Shown: one piece after another, positions 9,853-17,666 of the stretch
Position numbering within the stretch: position 1 is the first letter of the stretch
Layout: each line of letters starts with the position of its first letter
Assembly (NCBI GenBank): GCA_041653615.1
Contig: JBAZEZ010000009.1
Span: forward strand, 5,330 to 69,329
Direction of reading: 5' to 3'
Length of the DNA: 64,000 nt
Source of the DNA: Candidatus Ratteibacteria bacterium
GTDB taxonomy: Bacteria > Ratteibacteria > UBA8468 > MWAK01
Made by a program: the position numbers and the translations under genes
The notes under the pieces: model-generated
The model's input: the letters and a program-made list of their open reading frames with translations, nothing else
What the model was told of the DNA's origin: nothing
Databases searched by the model: none

Positions 9853-10251
9853 TTGAGTATCGTGATTAAAACCATAGGGAATAAAAAGTACGCCTATCAT
9901 GCCTATCGCACCGGCAGTAAGGTAGTGCACCGGTATCTTGGAAGCGTTTCCGACAAGAACGTGGCGGCAAAAATCAAGGTACTGAAAACGGAGAAGCGGA
10001 TACCGAGTCAATTCCACCCTTTATTCTGGGACACGAATCCCGATAAAATAAACATCCGTAAAAACGCAAGGTACATCGTTGAGCGTGTCCTGGAAATCGG
10101 CGGCCTTGAGGCTTTCCAATGGATACAAAAACTCTACCCGACAAGACTGATTACCGAAACGTGCGACACGAGCAGAAAAATATCGGAAAAATCGAAAATA
10201 TTCTGGAAAATCTGGACTGGAGACCGCGATGCATTCCGAATGTTTCCCTAA
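9853..10251 (+). CDS. Putative antitoxin: DUF6922-like C-terminal domain with an N-terminal basic beta-sheet domain
   Basis: LFWDTNPDKI...YIVERVLEIGGLEAFQWIQKLY resembles DUF6922; directly upstream of and overlapping an AbiEii-like gene; TTG start after aggag. Confidence 0.65.
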   Translation: MSIVIKTIGNKKYAYHAYRTGSKVVHRYLGSVSDKNVAAKIKVLKTEKRIPSQFHPLFWDTNPDKINIRKNARYIVERVLEIGGLEAFQWIQKLYPTRLITETCDTSRKISEKSKIFWKIWTGDRDAFRMFP

Positions 10252-10885
10252 GGAAGGATTATTGGTTTTAACCCGGTTGAAACACATCGTTCGCCCGCAT
10301 CACTTCCTCCTGGCCGGCGGTACCGCAGCGGCGATTCAAATCGGGCACAGGATATCTGAAGACCTTGATTTTTTCACAAACCAACCCTTCGCAACCGAAG
10401 AAATTTTTCGCGAACTTCAGCGCCGGAAACTCGCTCCTTTGCTTTTACAGGAAGAAAAACACACGCTGACCGTAATTATCAAACAAACTAAGGTATCCCT
10501 GTTTTATTATCCCTACCCGTTTATTGAGAAGTATCTTGAATGGAAAGGCATCGCGGTTTCACAAATTACGGATATTGCCGCTATGAAAATTATCGCCATA
10601 AATCAAAGGGGAGCAAAAAGAGATTTCGTTGACCTGTATTTTATGCTCCAAACGGTCCCGTTTTGGAAAATCTCCGAAAACATGGTGAAGCGGTTTGGCG
10701 CAAACCGGGTCAATCCCGTGCATATCGGTAAATCACTGGTTTACTTTCACGAAGCGGACTCCGACCCGGAACCCCGGTATTGCAAGGGAAAAGAAACCGA
10801 TTGGCAAATTATCAAAGCATTTTTTGCCAATCATGTTCCGCAAATGGTTCTCGCCCTTCAAAACGCAACAGAGGTAAGAACTTGA
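10229..10885 (+). CDS. Nucleotidyltransferase of the AbiEii/AbiGii toxin family
   Basis: FLLAGGTAAAIQIGHRISEDLDFF, DIAAMKIIAINQRGAKRDFVDLY. Confidence 0.85.
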   Translation: MHSECFPKEGLLVLTRLKHIVRPHHFLLAGGTAAAIQIGHRISEDLDFFTNQPFATEEIFRELQRRKLAPLLLQEEKHTLTVIIKQTKVSLFYYPYPFIEKYLEWKGIAVSQITDIAAMKIIAINQRGAKRDFVDLYFMLQTVPFWKISENMVKRFGANRVNPVHIGKSLVYFHEADSDPEPRYCKGKETDWQIIKAFFANHVPQMVLALQNATEVRT

Positions 10886-10892
10886 CAAATCT

Positions 10893-11249
10893 TTACTTAC
10901 CCTTCTCTTCATCCGCCAAGTAATTAGCCATCTTCCAAAGCATCTTCTTGAAATTATCCCCTTTATCCCTGACCAGACTTTCCAGCCGACGGGTAAAAAG
11001 ATCCTGATTGCTCTTCAGATAGGCAACCGGTTCTTTCGGCGGATAAAAAAGGCCCTGGACGGGCACCCCCAGAGCATCGGCGATTCTCTTCATCGTCTCC
11101 AGGCTTGCTTTCTTGGTTCCCCGCTCCACGTGGCTTAAAAAACTGGGGCTTATTTTTGCCTTAAAAGCCACCTTCTCCTGGGTTACTCCAATCTTTTCCC
11201 TGATTTCCCTGATACGTTTGCCCAATATGCGGTAGATGTTTTTTTCCAT
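10893..11249 (-). CDS. XRE/Cro-C1 helix-turn-helix regulator
   Basis: LGKRIREIREKIGVTQEKVAFKAKISPSFLSHVERG. Confidence 0.9.
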   Translation of the reverse strand: MEKNIYRILGKRIREIREKIGVTQEKVAFKAKISPSFLSHVERGTKKASLETMKRIADALGVPVQGLFYPPKEPVAYLKSNQDLFTRRLESLVRDKGDNFKKMLWKMANYLADEEKGK

Positions 11250-11311
11250 TAGGGAATATTATCGCCTATTATTCCTTTATTCTTAAATAGTCCATAGGAA
11301 ATATAAATAAT

Positions 11312-11340
11312 TTGACTTATGGATATAGTTGTGATAATAT
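11312..11340 (+). promoter_or_regulatory. Candidate sigma70 promoter for the lipoprotein cluster
   Basis: TTGACT-N17-TAATAT in the AT-rich divergent intergenic region. Confidence 0.55.
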
Positions 11341-11395
11341 TCATAAATAAACGTTTCCCAGGATCTGTCAAAATTTTTCTGTAAAAGGGAGGAGG

Positions 11396-11923
11396 ATGGA
11401 AAAGATAAAAAGATTGGTTTGGTTAGGCATAGCTATCGGTGTAATAGGCGTCTTGGCAGGTTGCGCCACCGGCCCTATGGTAGGTAAAGCCAACGTTCCT
11501 GCTCCGGAAAAGATTGAGACCCTTCAAATGTCCCCGTTATCTCTCGAAGTTTTGGACGAAACCAAGCAGGAAAAGAACCAGACGTTCATTCAGTCATTAG
11601 AGAATGATTTAAAACTGGAACTCTCCAACAACAGAATCCAGATGGATACAGAAGCGGACAAAACATTAAAGGTTTCCGTTAAGAGCGTCCATCAGACCGG
11701 GTACGCAAAAGAGTTCATAACCGGTCCTTTCCACGGACCCTCTTACCTTAAACTCAGCGTTACTTTAACCGATAAAACCGGAACTTCTCTGGCCGAATTC
11801 CCGGTGGCGCCGTTTTACGGCAACACCAAAGCTATATCCAACTTGTTAAAATCTCCGGGAAAAATTACCAAAAAACTGGCTCAGGAGATCGTGAGTAGTC
11901 TAATATCGTTGAAGAAGCGTTAA
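11396..11923 (+). CDS. Putative lipoprotein (DUF4410-like)
   Basis: Signal peptide with lipobox LAGC; SD ggagga. Confidence 0.65.
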   Translation: MEKIKRLVWLGIAIGVIGVLAGCATGPMVGKANVPAPEKIETLQMSPLSLEVLDETKQEKNQTFIQSLENDLKLELSNNRIQMDTEADKTLKVSVKSVHQTGYAKEFITGPFHGPSYLKLSVTLTDKTGTSLAEFPVAPFYGNTKAISNLLKSPGKITKKLAQEIVSSLISLKKR

Positions 11924-11944
11924 TAAAACACGAGGAGAATAAAG

Positions 11945-12514
11945 ATGGGGGAATTAGGAGCAAACGCAAAAGTTTTAATGTTGTTAACATTGGGGTCTTT
12001 ATTGCTCGCAGGCTGCGTAACCTTTGGATCGGAAAGCGATACGAATAGTCCAACATCTGAGCAAAAAGTCTTAAGCGGAGCGCAGACATGCAGTGCGGTC
12101 TTTGAAGAATTGATTCCCGAACACAAACCTGACTTCCAAACATTTAAAGAATCTTATGAAAAATCGTGGTCGGTAACTGTGGGGGTGCTTAAAACACTTG
12201 AAAATCCAATTACTTCAGCAGATAAGGAAAATGGCGTTATCGTAACCGATTACCTGGAAAAACCGAAAGGCATGTTCAAAGGGCCTTGGAGAGATAAATA
12301 CTACGTAACAGTCAGCAAAACAGACGCTTCAACAACCCAAATAAAAATCAAACGAACGGTTGAAGAATTGGAGGCGCTCGAGAGAGTGCAGGGAAGTCGT
12401 CTTGTCGGTAAAGTCTGGCGGGAAAAGACCGGTGGCGTGGAATGGATGAAAAAACAGTCAAATGGCGCTTATGAAAAATACATCCTTGGTCTCATAGGAA
12501 AAAACTTGAAATGA
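11945..12514 (+). CDS. Putative lipoprotein (alpha/beta BamC/DUF3568-like fold suspected)
   Basis: Lipobox LLAGC; WSVTVGVLK...ITSADKENGVIVTDY pattern. Confidence 0.6.
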   Translation: MGELGANAKVLMLLTLGSLLLAGCVTFGSESDTNSPTSEQKVLSGAQTCSAVFEELIPEHKPDFQTFKESYEKSWSVTVGVLKTLENPITSADKENGVIVTDYLEKPKGMFKGPWRDKYYVTVSKTDASTTQIKIKRTVEELEALERVQGSRLVGKVWREKTGGVEWMKKQSNGAYEKYILGLIGKNLK

Positions 12515-12563
12515 AATAAGAAAACGGAAGACTCCAATTAACGATAGGTAACGGAGGTGTAAA

Positions 12564-12962
12564 ATGGCGCAAAAGGTTACCAACGTCACAACGAAACTGT
12601 CTGCAGAAGACGTAATCGTTAGATCGGTCCAGTTTTTTACCAACGAGAAATGGAGAACGCAAACTCAAAGTTCAAGAGCGGTGACGTTTAGGACCAATCT
12701 GCCAGTGCCGCGAGTAATTACCGGTTTTCTTCTTTTTATCGGTGGTATTTTTTTATCTTTTACGATAGTGCTGCTAATAATCGGAATTCCCATGGTTATT
12801 GCCGGATTTTTAATACTTTTCTCTGCTGGAGTACGCTTGCTCGGTTCACAAGACCTGGTGGTAACAGCCACGCAGTCAGGAAACGGTTCTGAAGTTATAA
12901 TTACGCATGCATATCAAGCCGCGCGTTCCGTAAATCAATTTGTTGAAGCTCTTCCTCAGTAA
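12564..12962 (+). CDS. Hypothetical membrane protein (two TM helices)
   Basis: Central hydrophobic hairpin ITGFLLFIGG...GFLILFSAG; SD ggagg. Confidence 0.65.
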   Translation: MAQKVTNVTTKLSAEDVIVRSVQFFTNEKWRTQTQSSRAVTFRTNLPVPRVITGFLLFIGGIFLSFTIVLLIIGIPMVIAGFLILFSAGVRLLGSQDLVVTATQSGNGSEVIITHAYQAARSVNQFVEALPQ

Positions 12963-12978
12963 CCTTTTATTAAAAGTT

Positions 12979-13242
12979 ATGATCGATGTATCCGGAAAAC
13001 CGGAACAAGAATGGATAGAGGAATTAAAACATAGGGAAAGCGACCGAAATTACACAACCGCGCTTATTCTATCGGTTTTGTTCGGCGCCTTTGGCGCGGA
13101 CCGTTTCTATTTGGGATATACCGGACACGGTTATTGGAAACTTGTTACACTTGGCGGTTTTGGCATATGGTGGTTAATTGATATATTTCTAATCGCTTCC
13201 GGTAAATTGCTGGATGCGGATGGGTACTTAATAAAAAAATAA
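12979..13242 (+). CDS. TM2-domain membrane protein
   Basis: ALILSVLFGAFGADRFYLGYTGHGYWKLVTLGGFGIWWLID. Confidence 0.85.
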   Translation: MIDVSGKPEQEWIEELKHRESDRNYTTALILSVLFGAFGADRFYLGYTGHGYWKLVTLGGFGIWWLIDIFLIASGKLLDADGYLIKK

Positions 13243-13299
13243 ACTCCGAATAATGAATGTATCCCGTAGCACTTAAAAACAACTTTTAGAGGAAAAAAC

Positions 13300-14343
13300 A
13301 TGATTAGAATTAATATGAAGTTTTTGTTAATGGGGCTTATTGTGTTGTTTGTTTATAATGTACAGGTGAGTCTTGTTTCTTCATCGGGGGCTCAAAATAT
13401 TGTTTCAATTAAACAAGATGAGCCAACAGTTCAAAAAGTCAGGATACTTATTGACCAGATAAGAGTAATTTCTACGAAAAGTGACGATTTGGAAGCTATA
13501 GGATGGGGCGTAATGACGCAGATGGAGAAAATTGGAAAAATTGGAAATCCTGCTTTACCCCCAATAATAGAAACACTCAACGATGCCAAGGAAAGCTGGA
13601 AGGTCAGATTTTTTATGGCCGTAATCCTAGGAGAAGTTATTCCGGATAAAATGACTGTTCCATCTTTGGTCAGGGTTGTGTCCAATAGAAAAGAACCTAC
13701 ACCACTTCGAACAGAATGTATCCAAGCGATGAGTTACATTGGCGATATCAGCGTAGTGACAACTCTTATCTCTACCCTTCGGGAATCAAATATTAACATA
13801 AAAATCACGGCAATGAATACCTTGGGAAACTTGAAGGATAGCAGGAGTGTTCCTTACCTGATTACTCAATTAGATGATCCCGACTGGAATATCCAAATGG
13901 TGGCTTCGAGATCGCTTGGGCGCATCGGAGACTCACGGGCAATCAGCCCCCTAATCAAAAAAATCAAGGGGAATAAACTACCCAAAGACAATTCAAGAAT
14001 AATGCAAACCGTCACTATTGACGCGTTATCTAACTTCAACACCCCTGAGGTCGAACAATATTTCATATCCATTCTTGAAGAAAATGAAACTGAAGACAAT
14101 GTTAGGATGGCGACAATTGATGGTTTGGGCAGAATGAAGAGCGAAAAGTCTATAGATTTACTCTCGAAATTATTGCTCAGCAAGAAGGAGATTTTTAGAA
14201 AGCATGCAGCTGCAGCACTTGCTGAAATTGGTAATAAGAAAGCACTCAAATCAATTCAGCAGTCTATAGAAAGCACGGACAGTGAATATGTAAAGAATTC
14301 ATTGGAACATTCAGCCAAAAAACTTTCCGAAAGCGGGAAATAG
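13300..14343 (+). CDS. Exported HEAT/PBS-lyase repeat protein
   Basis: N-terminal signal/TM, then about 8 HEAT units (e.g. AMNTLGNLKDSRSVPYLITQLDD, ASRSLGRIGDSRAISPLI). Confidence 0.85.
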   Translation: MIRINMKFLLMGLIVLFVYNVQVSLVSSSGAQNIVSIKQDEPTVQKVRILIDQIRVISTKSDDLEAIGWGVMTQMEKIGKIGNPALPPIIETLNDAKESWKVRFFMAVILGEVIPDKMTVPSLVRVVSNRKEPTPLRTECIQAMSYIGDISVVTTLISTLRESNINIKITAMNTLGNLKDSRSVPYLITQLDDPDWNIQMVASRSLGRIGDSRAISPLIKKIKGNKLPKDNSRIMQTVTIDALSNFNTPEVEQYFISILEENETEDNVRMATIDGLGRMKSEKSIDLLSKLLLSKKEIFRKHAAAALAEIGNKKALKSIQQSIESTDSEYVKNSLEHSAKKLSESGK

Positions 14344-14372
14344 TAAGTAATCATTTGTCGAAGGAGAAGGTT

Positions 14373-17300
14373 ATGAATATTATGATTAAGAAATATCTCC
14401 TTACTATATTGTCGATACCTGTTCTGTCGATTCTTCTGTCTATCCAATACTGCAATGCGTACGTTTCCTGGGCCTCTACTAATCAAAACCAATATCCTGG
14501 GGCCGCAGATGCTGTTTTCAAAGATCTCGGACCCAATGCTTGGGGTATTCCCGTATCTTTTCAGGTAGGTCACGCCGCTATTTTTTACCAGTATGGCACG
14601 GATGGTTCTCGACAGGTAATTCAAGCAAATGGATATAGTGCACCCAGCAGTATAGCATCATGGAGTGATTTCCTGGGAGGCTTGGAATATTGGGGAGCCT
14701 ATTCACAGTCGCGGATTGATGCTTCCGCAAGAGAAGAGATTCTATACATTGCCACTACCTATTGTCTTAATATTCCTTATGCGTTGAATCGTGGACACTA
14801 TAAGGATCCACCGAACAGCTTAAGGTGCGACGGTCTTGTTGAATATTGCTATGAACGGGCTTTTGGTGAAGAGAATTCACCAGCATATACCCAGCCAAAT
14901 CAAGGGATAGTGCCCAATGATCAGTATGATGGAAACGCTCTTCGGCTGTGGTCATTTGCTTTGGATTCAGATAGTTCCGAACATTACATGACTCCTGAAA
15001 TAGTGATGGAATGGATTAACAACCAATCTACTGTAGATGATCCAACCACGGATGATCATGATTGGGGCAGTGGAAATTCAAGACAGGGCAAGAACTCTAT
15101 TAACCATAATCCGGCATTAACGAGTGGAACTGTTAGTCCGTCTTCAGGATATGCCAATTCGACGAGTTTTACGTATTCGGTAAGTTACTCTGATGCCGAC
15201 TTGGATGTGCCAGTCACAGCTTACGTCTATATTGACGGCAACCCACACACAATGACATTTGTCAGCGGTAAAGCATACAATGGGATATATCAATATATAA
15301 CGACTTTATCAAGTGGGTCGCACAGCTACTACTTTTATTTCATTGATAATCAGAATAAATCGGGTTCGTGTAGATTGCCTTCCTCTGGTAATTACTCTGG
15401 GCCGATTATTACCATCCCACCAGCTATCTCCGTATCCCCGTCAGACGGATTGACCTCTTCGGGCAACCAAGGTGGACCGTTCAGCCCCTCAAGCAAACAG
15501 TACTCTGTTTCTAACAGCGGCGGAGGAACCTTAAACTGGACAGCTTCGGCAAACCAGAACTGGGTAACTGTCTCACCAACAAGTGGCACCAACTCCGGGA
15601 CAGCGACAGTTTCAATCAACAGTAACGCCAACAGCCTCTCCGGTGGTGCTACCTACATCGCCACCGTGACCTTTGGCGGAAATGGTGGTAGCACTGCCCG
15701 GCAAGTCAGTCTGACTGTGCAGAATCAGACCGCTATAATCAACATGACTATTGGGCCTCTCCCGGTAGATTTTGGTACCGTTTCGGTCGGCCAATCAGTC
15801 CAGCAAAACCTTACGATTACGAACGGTTCTAATTCAACCGGTGCATTAATAGGTTCCGTTGGCACACCACCTGTTCCTTTTTCCCTTGTGAGCGATAATG
15901 CTTTTAATCTTGCGCCAGGACAATCCAAAATATTCACTTTTCGGTTCTCACCAACAACAAACGATACATTTAACAATAGTTTTGCCGTTACAAGTAATGC
16001 CACCAACCAGGTGAGCCCAGTGAACCTTTCTATGTGCGGTGTTGGCTTCGGCGGACCCAGCTATGGCATGACAATAACTTCGTGCGCAATCAGTAACACC
16101 AACCCAAATACCGGACAAGCGGTAACCCTGACCGGCATGGGTGGTCAGGTACACGGAGTCACAAGTGGGGACTTAATCAAAGTGGTCGTTGGCTTCCGCG
16201 ATGGTTCAGGAAACTGGAGGGGCGGCGAACCGGTTTTGGTTTCGAGCACAGTTCCGGGGCAGAGTTTTCAACCGTGGTCGTACAGCAGCGGTGTTTCCGT
16301 CAACGCACCTTCGAGCTCCGGCACATACTACGTTTGGGTACGTTCAGTGCCAACAGTTACTAATGCCACGGCCATCCAGGATTTTAAAAATGCTGCCCCA
16401 ACCAGTGCTGATCAACAACGGGACGATAAGTGGAGCACACCGCTGACAGTCAACGGCAATGACCCGCTTTTCGGAAATCTACTTTTGTACAAACAGGATG
16501 GAACCCAAATTCTTGGAAACGTCCCTATAGATAATCCTGTTAGGGCTAACGGAACTTATACTGTGGGCAGCGACGGAAGCAACCAAGCATTAAGCCGATG
16601 GGAAATAATTTCGGGAAGTGATGTAGTGTTTACCGATACCTGTCTCTCGGGCGATTTGACTTCTTGCTGGCTACCGGGCAATGCCCTGAACCCTGGAACT
16701 GCTTACACTTTAAAAGTCAGAGCTAAAAACTCCAACAGTATTTGGTCGGAATGGGTTTCCCTGGATTTCAACACGATTCCACAAATACAATCTAATGATT
16801 CAAATGGTGACGGTGTTCCGGATGACCAGACACCAACTAATGCCGATTTAATATCGTATGGTTTCGTTCCTTATAATCCTGGCATTCCTGATTCCGGCCT
16901 TCCCGATACTGCTTTGATCGTAAAGTTCAACAACGAGCCCATCTTGGTTGAGTCCACCGGCAACGATACAATTTCTTATTTTGCCGGCATCACACCTTCG
17001 GAGGTGCCACCGTCAGATTACAGTAATCCTTATGGTGTTTTTACTACCCGGATAGAAGTTCCGGTGGGAACATCCATAACACTCACATACACGTTCCCCG
17101 CAACATTGCCTTCCGGTACTTTATGGTACAAATATGATGAATCTGCCACGGCCGGAAACAAATGGGTTGAATATCCAGATGCATTCCTTGGTCCGGGTTC
17201 AAATCAATTTACGATACAGGTTACCGATGGAGGTGAAGGTGATGCTGACGGAGTTGCCAATGGTATCATCATAGACCCATCCGGACCTATTTCGCCCCCA

Positions 17301-17417
17301 CCAACCCCTCCTCCTAACGGCGGTGGAGACAAAGGCGGTGGAGGAGGAGCCGCTGGTCCTCTTGCCGTGGGTATCTCCACCCTTCTGGGCTGGTGGAAAC
17401 GTAGGAAGCGGGGATAG
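14373..17417 (+). CDS. Large surface protein: permuted papain-like (YiiX/YaeF-type NlpC/P60) domain, Ig/BACON/ASH-like repeats, choice-of-anchor U-like domain, GlyGly-CTERM-like tail
   Basis: Signal peptide; VGHAAIF precedes RCDGLVEYCY; QYSVSNSGGGTLNWTASANQNWV; DFGTVSVGQ; VTDGGEGDADGVANGIIIDPSG; tail GGGGAAGPLAVGISTLLGWWKRRKRG. Start taken at ATG 14373 after aggag. Confidence 0.75.
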   Translation: MNIMIKKYLLTILSIPVLSILLSIQYCNAYVSWASTNQNQYPGAADAVFKDLGPNAWGIPVSFQVGHAAIFYQYGTDGSRQVIQANGYSAPSSIASWSDFLGGLEYWGAYSQSRIDASAREEILYIATTYCLNIPYALNRGHYKDPPNSLRCDGLVEYCYERAFGEENSPAYTQPNQGIVPNDQYDGNALRLWSFALDSDSSEHYMTPEIVMEWINNQSTVDDPTTDDHDWGSGNSRQGKNSINHNPALTSGTVSPSSGYANSTSFTYSVSYSDADLDVPVTAYVYIDGNPHTMTFVSGKAYNGIYQYITTLSSGSHSYYFYFIDNQNKSGSCRLPSSGNYSGPIITIPPAISVSPSDGLTSSGNQGGPFSPSSKQYSVSNSGGGTLNWTASANQNWVTVSPTSGTNSGTATVSINSNANSLSGGATYIATVTFGGNGGSTARQVSLTVQNQTAIINMTIGPLPVDFGTVSVGQSVQQNLTITNGSNSTGALIGSVGTPPVPFSLVSDNAFNLAPGQSKIFTFRFSPTTNDTFNNSFAVTSNATNQVSPVNLSMCGVGFGGPSYGMTITSCAISNTNPNTGQAVTLTGMGGQVHGVTSGDLIKVVVGFRDGSGNWRGGEPVLVSSTVPGQSFQPWSYSSGVSVNAPSSSGTYYVWVRSVPTVTNATAIQDFKNAAPTSADQQRDDKWSTPLTVNGNDPLFGNLLLYKQDGTQILGNVPIDNPVRANGTYTVGSDGSNQALSRWEIISGSDVVFTDTCLSGDLTSCWLPGNALNPGTAYTLKVRAKNSNSIWSEWVSLDFNTIPQIQSNDSNGDGVPDDQTPTNADLISYGFVPYNPGIPDSGLPDTALIVKFNNEPILVESTGNDTISYFAGITPSEVPPSDYSNPYGVFTTRIEVPVGTSITLTYTFPATLPSGTLWYKYDESATAGNKWVEYPDAFLGPGSNQFTIQVTDGGEGDADGVANGIIIDPSGPISPPPTPPPNGGGDKGGGGGAAGPLAVGISTLLGWWKRRKRG

Positions 17418-17458
17418 GCACTGGCCGGACAAGAACAAGTGAGTTTTGATTGTAGAAA

Positions 17459-17500
17459 CAGCCCCGGGACAGAAAAAAGGTTTCGGGGCTGCTCTATTTT
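17459..17500 (+). terminator. Possible intrinsic terminator after the surface-protein gene
   Basis: cagccccg...cggggctg stem with a long loop, then ctctatttt. Confidence 0.35.
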
Positions 17501-17529
17501 AGGCAGTCTCCTTTGACAACTGCAAATAC

Positions 17530-17557
17530 GAGATTCTTCGCTACGCTCAGAATGACA
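17530..17557. repeat. GTCATTCTGAGC/GAAGAATCTC-type palindromic repeat (single copy here)
   Basis: gagattcttcgctacgctcagaatgaca. Confidence 0.55.
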
Positions 17558-17563
17558 CAACAA

Positions 17564-17587
17564 GCGACCCTGAAAGGGTCGCGCTAC
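17564..17587 (-). repeat. GTAG-type REP (GCGACCCT subfamily), right island boundary
   Basis: Reverse complement gtagcgcgaccctttcagggtcgc; 23/24 identical to 9704-9727. Confidence 0.85.
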
Positions 17588-17666
17588 GAAAGAGACTACG
17601 GCCTCCTATCCACCCCCACCTTGCCTCCCCCGTCAAGGAGGAAACAAGAGGAAACAATTAGTGGAT

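Noticed and set aside
9613-10017. ORFs 9613-9843 (+) and 9718-10017 (-)
   Set aside because: They read through REP hairpins or lie antisense to the antitoxin; no protein signature.
11283-11330. C-protein box (GACT-TAT-AGTC) of a restriction-modification controller
   Set aside because: Only partial half-sites are present, and there is no methylase or nuclease nearby.
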